Of a DNA stretch of 64,000 nucleotides, positions 54,167 through 64,000 are shown in pieces. Source of the DNA: Octopus vulgaris (lineage: Eukaryota). How positions within the stretch are numbered: position 1 is the first letter of the stretch; the number at the start of each line of letters is the position of its first letter. Below the pieces are notes generated by a model that did not search any database, was not told where the DNA came from, and worked only from the letters and a program-made list of their open reading frames with translations. Location: NCBI GenBank assembly GCA_951406725.2, contig OX597839.1, positions 3,472,001-3,536,000 on the forward strand, given 5' to 3'. The position numbers and the translations under genes were made by a program.

Positions 54167-56295
54167 ACACATTTATAGCGCGGGCTTCATTTATCCGTCT
54201 ACCAAATCAACTCAGAAGGCTTTAGTCGGCCTGATGCAATAGTTGAAGATACTCGCCCAAGGTGCCACGCAGTGTGACTTGAACCCAGAGCGATGTGGTT
54301 GGGAGGTATGCTACTTATCACACAGCCACGCTCCCGCCTATATTATATATACGTAAAGGGAAAACCGATATAATAAGTATCAAGCTTTTTAAAGAAACGT
54401 AAGTACTGGGAATCGGACAATGCTCCATCATGGCCGCAGTTTAATGACCGAAACAAATAAAGCATAAAAGATAAAAGAAGTCGTTAAAAAGAGAAAATCC
54501 AATCTAAGTCACCTTCGGTTGTCTCCCTTGCATGCAGCAATTATTTTGTAAGTTGAAGAGTAGCCTCCCTTATATAACTAAATGTCATTGACCGGAGCTA
54601 ACGTTGAAAACGTTGAAATGACTTTACGCTTGCTAAAATTGCTAGAAATAATAGTCAAATAAAAATAGTAATCAGTTAAACTATATCTTCATGTCTGAAG
54701 GCAATCTTAGAAGTTACATACAGAAGTACAGACAAGAAATGTTTGGCTGCAACGTCTTCGTACATAAATCAACTCAATCAGCGCTCTTATTGCGCGAAAT
54801 AGCAGCAACACGATCCAACGAATGTGCCTCTATGTGGTCTCTTGACGCGCAAAAACAGCAGACAAATTTCTTTAAAAAAAACAGTCGTTCTCAACCATTT
54901 TTCATCTATGGACCCCTTTGATTACTATTTCATTTTGGTGGGCACCCAAAGCCATTCGATGTTTAAAAACTAGTTTTATAGAAGCTGCATTCCAAATTTC
55001 AGTCTTGTTTCTCATGCGTTCACTTGTGTAGGTTAAATTAAACTCGAAAGATATTTGGTTCAAGCAATTTTTTTTTTCAATTTCTTCAAAGTTCTGCTTT
55101 ATTAGTTAAACACAAAATAATTTCAGTATAAACTTTGTTCAAAGACTAAGAAAAATTATTCAGTGAAAGTTCTCACCTGAAAAATGCTTTCTGAATGTAT
55201 ATTTTGGAATATTTCAGAAATTTTCCTTTCCTTTTTCGCGAATAATAAATCCCCTCTGACTAATAGAAATAAAATGACTTTAGGAAAAGACCCCAAACAT
55301 TTTGATCAGCTCTAATTCACCCAGATTTTCATATCATTAAAATCAAAAGAAATTCAATTTATTGGGTATTTAGCGACATCAGGTATTGCTTATGATCGGC
55401 GAGGCTACAGTCAAGGGAGACAACCTTGTATTAATTTTTCCCTTTTTTTAACTGCTTATTTTGTCTTTTATGATTTTAACTTTTCTCTGTTTAACTAATT
55501 ATTTTCTCACTTTCTAACTACTTCTTTTATCTTTTATGCTTTATTTGTTTCGGTCATTAAACTGCGGCCATGATGGAGCATTGTCCGATTCCAGTACTTA
55601 TGTTTCTTTAAAAAGCTTGATACTTATATCGGTTTTCCTTTTACGTATATATAATATAGGCGCGGCGTGGCTGTGTGATAAGTAGCAGACTTCCCAACCA
55701 CATCGTTCTGGGTTCAAGTCCCACTGCGTGGCACCTTGGCGAGTATCTTCAACTATTGCTTCAGGCCGACTAAAGCCTTGTGAGTTGATTTGGTAGACGG
55801 ATACTAAAAGCAGCCCACCGTATATGTGTGTGTGTGTGTGTGTGTCTGTGTCTGTCTGTCTGTGTCTTTATGTCTATGTTTATCCTCCCACCACCGCTTG
55901 ACAACCTATGCCGCTGTGTCTACGTCCCCGTAACTTAGCAGTTTGACAAAACTGATCGATAGATCGATAGAATATGTACCACACTCAAAAGAAAAATAAG
56001 GTTCGGAGTAGATTCATTCGATCAAAAATTGTTGAAGGCGGTGCACCAACATGGTCGTAGTCTAATGACTGAAACAAGTACAAGATAAAAAAAAATAGTA
56101 TATATTTTCATATTGATATATTTCGGGACGGTCATTTTTTCTTGCCAAATAAACACACGCACTGTTCGTATCTTTTTTTATGTCCATTGTCCGGAAACCT
56201 TTCGGAGACGATGGACATAGGATAAAACAAAGTCAGTAAAAAACGAATGAAGAACGAATACATAACGTATGTGTTTATTTACTCTCTCTCTCTCC

Positions 56296-56352
<57 letters not shown>

Positions 56353-56549
56353 ACTCTTTTACTTGTTTCAGTGATTTGACTACGTCCATGCTGGAGCACC
56401 TCCTTTAGTCGAGAGCAAATCGACCTCAGGTCTTATTCTTTGTAAGCCTAGTACTTATTCTATCGGTCTCTTTTTGCCGAACCGCTAAGTTACGGGGACG
56501 TAAACACACCAGCATTGGTTGTCAAGCAATGTTTGGGGAACAAACACAA

Positions 56550-56583
<34 letters not shown>

Positions 56584-56594
56584 TTTTTTTCTTT

Positions 56595-56945
56595 ATTTGA
56601 TTGCGGCCATGCTGGAGCACCGCCTTTAGTCGAGCAAATCGACCCCGGGACTTATTCTTTGTAAGCCCAGTACTTATTCTATCGGTCTCTTTTGCCGAAC
56701 CGCTAAGTGACGGGGTCGTAAACACACCAGCATCGGTTGTCAAGCAATGCTAGGGAGACAAGCACAGACACACAAACACATACGTATATATATATATATA
56801 TACATATATACGACTGGCTTCTTTCAGTTTCTGTCTACCAAATCCACTCACAAGGCATTGGTCGGCCTGGGGCTATAGCAGAAGACACTTGCCCAAGATG
56901 CCACGCAGTGGGACTGAACCCGGAACCATGTGGTTGGTTAGCAAA
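56595..56945 (-). mobile_element. SINE family A
   Basis: Homology to family A; preceded by another partial copy at 56350-56575. Confidence 0.8.
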
Positions 56946-56962
56946 TATATATATATATATAC

Positions 56963-57285
56963 ATGAAGGCCAATTGACATTGTCGTAGCGGGAGGTTATT
57001 CTCTGTCCAAAGCACTGCCGTAGGAAATGCATTGTTTCCCTTGCATTATGTGCAGTTGTCCTTTCTTGCTGGAGCCATGTGTGACGTCTACTTTGAATCG
57101 CCTTCACGCTCCCGAGACTTGAGTACCCCGGATTTTTTCTTGTGGGGATACCTGAACGAGAGGGGTTTTGTCAACAAACGGGAGACCCTGATGGAACTGA
57201 AGAAGAACATCAATTGAGAAATCAGAGAAGTGGGATCCGTAACCCTTCGTGCAAGTTTTGGAAAGAACCCGAGCGTGCGTGGTCC
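56963..57285. mobile_element. Tc1/mariner (DD37D/DD41D-like) catalytic fragment, half inverted
   Basis: Minus: WLQQERTTAH...NVNWPS. Plus: PSRSRDLSTPDFFLWGYL. Confidence 0.75.
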
Positions 57286-59393
57286 ACCACCGTTTGACAA
57301 CCGGTGTTAGTTTCTTTACGTCCTCAGTAACATAGCGGTTCGGCATAAGGAGCCCATGGAATATGTAACACGCTTAAAAAATAAGTTCCGGGGGTCGATT
57401 AGTTAGACTAAAGATTTCAAGGCGGTGCCCCAGCATGGCCACAGTTCAATAACTGAATGAGGTAAAGAAACGGAAGATTAAAAAATTGGAAAAATAATTT
57501 TTTTTCTAAACCATGACACGTGGTTTCATACCAGTGTTCCATATGGACCCTAGAGGTCCACATAAGATTTTGAGGGATCCACGCATGCAAAATAGTAGAC
57601 AGGAGAGACATGAAAAATGTTCATGAAAAATGTTGCTCTTTGCCCAAGGTGCCACGCACAGCCACGTCGCGCTTATATTATATATACGTAAAAGGAAAAC
57701 CGATATAATGAGCATCAAGCTTTTTAAAAAAACATAATTACTGGTATCGGACAATACCCCATCATGGCCGCAGTTTAATGACCGAAACAAATAAAGCATA
57801 AAAGACGAAATAAGTAGTTAAAAAAGAGGGGAAAATAAATACAGGGTTGTCTCCCTTGTCTGCAAGCTTGCCGATCATAAGCAATACCTGATGTCGCTAA
57901 ATACCCAATAAATTGAATTTCTTTTGATTTTATTAGAGCTGGTCAAAGTGTTTGTTGTAGCTGTAATTGTTGTCGCAGAATTGGCTGCTGACCCGGTCGT
58001 CAACTATAGGTGATGTTGAGTCAGTTGTTGTTATTGTTTGGTGATTGTCCTTGTTGCCGTGGAAAAAAGTATGTGAAGAATTGTTACTGTAGTTAGAGAT
58101 TTATGGTAGTAAACGCATCACTACACACGTATATATATATGAACAGAGACGGACATTAGAAAGTCATTTTATTTCTATTAGTCAGAGAAGATTTATTATT
58201 CGCGAAAAAGGAAAAAAAAAGATTTGAAATTTCCCAAAATATACATCCAGAAAGTATTTTTCAGGTGAGAACTTTCACTGAATAATTTTTCTTAGTCTTT
58301 GAACAAAGTTTACACTGAAATTATTTTGTGTTTAACTAATAAAGCAGAACTTTGAAGAAATTGAAAAAAAAAATTGCTTGAACCAAATCTCTTTCGAGTT
58401 TAATTTAAAAATACATAAATTTTCAGAAATTGTTACTCTTGCTACGATATTCTATTATTAAAAAGAAAACGAAAAAAAATTACGGAAAAATATTTAGCCT
58501 GTGGCTTTTGTCCACCTTCACACTTTAAGTATGTGGTTTCTTTCTCTGACATTTTACATAGTTCAACCTACACAAGTGAACGCATGAGAAACAAGACTGA
58601 AATTTAGAATGCAGCTTCTATAAAACTAGTTTTTAAACATCGAATGGCTTTGGGGGCCCACCAAAATGAAATAGTAATCAAAGGAGTCCATTGACGAAAA
58701 ATGGTTGAAAACGACTGTTTTTTTTTTTAATTTGTCTGTTATTTTTGCGCGTCAAGAGACCACATAGAGACACATTCGTTGGATCGTGTTGCTGCTATTT
58801 CGTGCAATAGGAGCGCTGATTGAATTGATTTATGTTCGAAGACGTTGCAGCCAAATGTTTCCTGTCTGTACTTCTGTATGTGACGTCTAAGATTGCCTTC
58901 AGGCATGAAGATATAGTTAAACTGATTACTATTTTTATTTGACTATTATTTTTAGCAATTTTAGCAAGCGTATAGTCATTTCAACAATTAGTTACATAAG
59001 GGAGGCTACTCTTCAACTTACAAATTAATTGCTGCATGCAAGGGAGACAACCGAAGGTGACTTAGATTGGATTTTCTCTTTTCAACGACTTTTATCTTTT
59101 ACGCTTTATTTGTTTCGGTCATTAAACTGCGACCATGATGGGGCATTGTTCGATTCCAGTACTTATGTTTATTTAAATAGCTTGATACTTATTATATCGG
59201 TTTTCCTTTTACGTATATATAATATAGGCGCGGCGTGGCTGTGTGATAAGTAGCATACCTCCCAACCTCATCGTTCTGTGTTCAAGTCCCACTGCGTGGC
59301 ACCTTGGGCGAGTATCTTCAACTATTGCTTCAGGCCGACTAAAGTCTTCTGAGTTGATTTGGTAGACGGATAAATGAAGCCCGCCGTATAAAT

Positions 59394-59480
<87 letters not shown>

Positions 59481-60735
59481 TGTGTGTATGTGTGTGTGTG
59501 TCTTTATGTCTATGTTTATCCTCCCACCACCGCTTGACAACCGATGCCGCTGTGTTTACGTGCCCGTAACTTAGCAGTTTGACAAAAGTGATCGATAGAT
59601 CGATAGAATATGTACCACACTCAAAAGAAAAATAAGGTCCGGAGCAGATTCATTCGATTAAAAGTTGTTGAAGGCATTTGCACATAATTTCCCTGATTAT
59701 GTCGAGAACGATGAAAACTTTTCGAAAACTTTGCGTAGGCCTCCGAGCAGGTAGCGCCAAGCTTTTGTCAAAGTTTGATGCAGATTCTCTGCTCAACTTT
59801 CTCTGTCATGGTCAATGCGACGATCACACGCTATACACGCTATGTGAAGTTGCTTGGAACAGATTGACCTTGTAGACGGCAGAGAGAGAGGGAGTAAAGG
59901 ATAAGTGAGAAAGAGAGAGAAGGAAGGAGAGAGTGAGACACACGGGCACAATGAAAGAACTGAAGAATAAGAGACAGGGAAATAAAGAGAGAGACGGAGT
60001 ATGTATACAGTGTATATTGTGAATGGACGACAGATCGTCTTGCAACAACAGGCCATCAACTTTTCACATTTAATATAGTCTTTTATTGATGATTCTTTAA
60101 GAACAAAATGGCCGTATGTACTTCAAAGAAGAAGCAGCTTCTCCCTACGTGCTGCTGCATGTTTAGCTTTCTTTCCATGTAATTTGTTTCTCAGGATTTC
60201 TCGTTGAGGTCCAATCATAATGGGGTTTTTAATGTTTTTCACTAATTCTGGGTATAGAGTTTGCCAATTGTCCAATACGGGAACTATATGAAATGCGTCC
60301 TGAAAAGAAATAATAATTAAAATTACAGAACGAGCGTTAATACCTTTAGCTTTTGTCCTCTCGGATCTTTTGGAGGGTGGGAGGTTCAGGCCCAATTAGC
60401 CCTCCACGGGACCTAGATGAAAGAGTCCGCATGGAGTGCGGCTTTGAAGCAAGTAAATTAATAAATAAAAAAGTTATACAGCTTAGAAGTTGCTTCCATG
60501 CGTTGGTTCCCCACTTTTGAGAACATTTTTTTTTTCTTACCCAAGCATTTTTCTTTTATAATATCTCAAAATGTAGCGGATTACGGCTCCGTTTCAATGG
60601 TCTTAATTGCATTTAATTTTGCCAAGAACTGGATTAGCTAGACGGCGAATTAGCAGACAAGATAACTCTTTTCCTATCCTGTGCTTCACGTATGATACAC
60701 AGACGATATTTCTCTGACGTCCCTGCATCATATAT

Positions 60736-61144
60736 ACTCTTTTACTCTTTTACTTGTTTTCAGTCATTTGACTGCGGCCATGCTGGAGCACCACCTTTAG
60801 TCGAGCAAATCGATCCCGGGACTTATTCTTTGTAAGCCCAGTACTTATTCTATCGGTCTCTTTTGCCGAACCGCTAAGTGACGGGGACGTAAACACACCA
60901 GCATCGGTGGTCAAGCAATGCTAGGGGTACAAACACAAACACACACACACACATATACATATATATATATACATATATACGACAGGCTTCTTTCAGTTTC
61001 CGTCTACCAAATCCACTCACAAGGCATTGGTCGGCCCGGGGCTATAGCAGAAGACACTTGCCCAAGATGCCACGCAGTGGGACTGAACCCGGAACCATGT
61101 GGTTGGTTAGCAAGCTACTTACCACACAGCCACTCCTGCGCCTA
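60736..61144 (-). mobile_element. SINE family A (young, full length)
   Basis: Reverse complement of 49113-49527. Confidence 0.88.
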
Positions 61145-61352
61145 TATGATAAACATTCCCAATTTTTTCGACCACCAGAGTATCTTGGAACTTTGAAAAG
61201 GAAAACATTATACTTATATGTCACAGAAAGTATGAAGCAAAAAGTAATGTATATACATTTATATAGTGCATTATATGAGATGCACAGGCCACTTGGCTGA
61301 TAATATAAAGTCTCAAAAATATACTATACACCAACAATATAGTACCAATACA

Positions 61353-61662
61353 GTGAAAGCTCGTGGCTTAGTGGTTAGGGGCATTCGACTCACGATCGTG
61401 AGGTCGTGAGTTCAATTCCCGGCGACACGTTGTGTCCTTGAGCAAGACGTTTTATTTCGAGTTGCTCCAGTTCACTCAGCTGGCAAAAAGGAGTAGTAAC
61501 TGTGTTTCAAAGGGCCGGCGGCCTTGTCACACTTTTGTGTCACGCTGAGGGTTAAGGGTACAGGTGTCTGTGGAGTGCTCAGCACGTTAACTTCACGAAC
61601 AGAATGTCCCATTGATCGTATCAGCTGGGACCTTCGTTGTCGTAACCGACGGAGTGCTCCAA
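61353..61662 (+). mobile_element. tRNA-headed SINE (family C-related, older)
   Basis: TGGCTTAGTGGTTAGG...GAGTTCAATTCC head; shares the tail of 61846-62226. Confidence 0.75.
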
Positions 61663-61845
61663 TACCAATACATATTACACAACATCTCAACTAAATTAAC
61701 CTCCAGTGACAAGCATAGACGTTTAAGACAAACTTACAAAAAGGCTTTGTTCAATTAAAGAGGTAAGAGCTGTTAAATAAGATTATCTGTTCCTTCAGAA
61801 ATGGTTTAATCATTTGCCTGTCTCGTGCATCACACATGATACACT

Positions 61846-62226
61846 GTGGAGGCGCAATGGCCCAGTGGTTAGGGCAGCGGACTCGCGGTCATAGGATCGC
61901 GGTTTCGATTCCAAGACCGGGCGTTGTGAGTGTTTATTGAGCGAAAACAACTAAAGCTCCACGAGGCTCCGGCAGGGATGGTGGTGATCCCTGCTGTACT
62001 CTTTCACCACAACTTTCTCTCACTCTTACTTCCTGTTTCTGTTGTACCTGTATTTCAAAGGGCCGGCTTGTCACTCTCTGTGTCACGCTGAATATCCCCG
62101 AGAACTACATTAAGGGTACACGTGTCTGTGGAGTGCTCAGCCACTTACACGTTAATTTCACGAGCAGGCTGTTCCGTTGATTCGGATCAACCGGAACCCT
62201 CATCGTCGTAACCGACGGAGTGCTTC
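61846..62226 (+). mobile_element. SINE family C with TSD
   Basis: TSD CACATGATACACT at 61833-61845 and 62227-62239. Confidence 0.9.
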
Positions 62227-62644
62227 CACATGATACACTGGACATATTTCCCTGGATGTCCATGCGTCATATACGATACACATTTCCAGTTTTTATCTTC
62301 AAAAACCAGTGTAACTTTGGACTTATCAAAGGAAAGCTTTATATTTCTCAGAACGTATGAAACAAGGGCTAACTAAGTCTGAAAATAAGAATGGGAAGAC
62401 TTAGGAAAATGCTCTGGACAGGCAAAGGATTGAAAATATTATTCACCCACGACATTAGGTGAATAATGCACACACACGCAATCACACTCACACACAGAAA
62501 CACACTCACAAACACACAAACACACTTATACACACACATATTCACACACACATTGGCTTGATATCATTGTTGTCATCCTGCTTTTAAAAGATATGCGTTT
62601 CAAAAGTTAGTGCGTAGTTTCAAATTCCATGGAAGACAGATAAT

Positions 62645-63197
62645 AATTTATTTTCTATTCTAGGCACAAGGCTCGAAATTTTAGGAGAGCGGGGTCCAGT
62701 CGATTAGACTGACACCAGTACGCAACTGCTACTTAATTTATCGGCCCTGAAAGGATGAAAGTCAAAGTGGACCTCGGCGGAATTTGAACTCTGAACGTAA
62801 CGGCAGATGAAATACCGCTAAGCATTTCGCCCGGCGTGCTAACATTTCTCATTTCTTTATTGCCCACAAGGGGCTAAACATAGGTGGGAAAAACAAGGAC
62901 AGGCAAAGGAATTAAGTCAATTACATCAATCCCAGTGCGTAACTGTTACTTAATTTATTGACCCCGAAAGGATGAAAGGCAAAGTCGACCTCGGCGATAT
63001 TTGAACTCAGAACGTAGCGGCAGATGAAATACCTATTTCTTTACTACCTACAAGGGGCTAAACACAGAGGGGACAAACAAGGACAGACAAACGGATTAAG
63101 TCGATTACATCGACTCCAGTGCGTAACTGATACTTAATTTATCGACCCCGAAGAGATGAAAGGCAAAGTCGACCTCGGCGGAATTTGAACTCAGAAC
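62645..63197 (-). mobile_element. SINE family B multimer
   Basis: Three tandem core modules. Confidence 0.8.
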
Positions 63198-63199
63198 TG

Positions 63200-63654
63200 C
63201 CAGTTCCCTTGTCGTTTGACGAGAATTTTCGTGCAAAATTTGGCTTAATCGCTCTTCATCAGACTCAACTGGACGGCCAGAACGAAGTGCGTCTTCGAGG
63301 TCAAAATTTCCATTTTTGAACGAGCGGTTCTTTCAGCTATGGCACCCTCTCCATACACAGCACAAATGTCGCGAGCAGCTTTTGCGGCCTTAGAAAATTG
63401 ATTAAAAGCAAAAAGGAGGTGTCGAAAATACTCGTTTTTCTTAAATTGACATACCAATTTAATGATCTGAAAATAAACACAAATTAACAAAAATTAACTA
63501 GAAAAAAAAATCATAAAAACAAAATAGATTCCAAAATGATTCAAAAATAGAATTCTCGATAAAATTAGATAAAACGAACAATTAGATTCCAAAATTTACG
63601 AACAATAAATTCCAAAATTTAAAAAAACGGCGGGTGTCTTAGTTGCCAACCCAG
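63200..63654 (-). mobile_element. Mariner 5' fragment with TIR
   Basis: EYFRHLLFAFNQ.SKAAKAARDICAVYGEGAIAERTAR; TIR TA-CTGGGTTGGCAACTAAG. Confidence 0.8.
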
Positions 63655-63671
63655 TATATATGTATATATGC

Positions 63672-63742
<71 letters not shown>

Positions 63743-63769
63743 ATATATATATATATATATATAATATAC

Positions 63770-63900
<131 letters not shown>

Positions 63901-64000
63901 GTGTGTGTGTGTGTGGGTGTGATTATTGCTTCATCTTGACAGATGATAGCCATCCCATCAATATATACACACCACATCACAGAGCATAATCACTCCTCTG

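Larger units (their letters stand above)
53570..59675. repeat. Local inverted/direct segmental duplication mosaic
   Basis: 53920-55032 is inverted at 58565-59675. 53570-54480 is inverted at 55525-56400. 55304-55680 is inverted at 57650-57950. Confidence 0.85.

Noticed and set aside
61846-61925. tRNA-Arg-like gene (also 15553, 23419, 50565)
   Set aside because: The acceptor stem is incomplete, and it continues into a SINE body with TSDs; it is a SINE head.

Overview
Eukaryotic, AT-rich, repeat-saturated DNA. The SINE repertoire and extreme (TA)n/(CA)n/(CATA)n/trinucleotide load suggest an octopus or other coleoid cephalopod; this is inference and was not checked by any search. No intact host protein-coding exon could be supported. 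Almost every ORF in the track is a microsatellite or SINE translation. The window holds decayed mobile elements: a CR1/L2-type LINE with a nested Helitron and SINEs, RTE and R4/Dong 3' ends, a Penelope-like GIY-YIG endonuclease relic, a full-length dead mariner, several Tc1/mariner relics and MITEs, a hAT relic, non-autonomous Helitrons, and dozens of tRNA-derived SINEs, several with clear TSDs. The most interesting signal is RNA-structural. At least a dozen type I hammerhead-ribozyme-like motifs from several unrelated short families are present, mostly inside (TA)n tracts. They include core variants with compensatory 3-8 pairs (A3-U8, U3-A8) and a four-copy family with U at position 6. Two of them lie in fold-back palindromes. 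An ~800-bp terminally redundant element and a complex inverted-duplication mosaic at 51-60 kb also stand out. All folding and alignment was done by eye, and ribozyme activity is untested.
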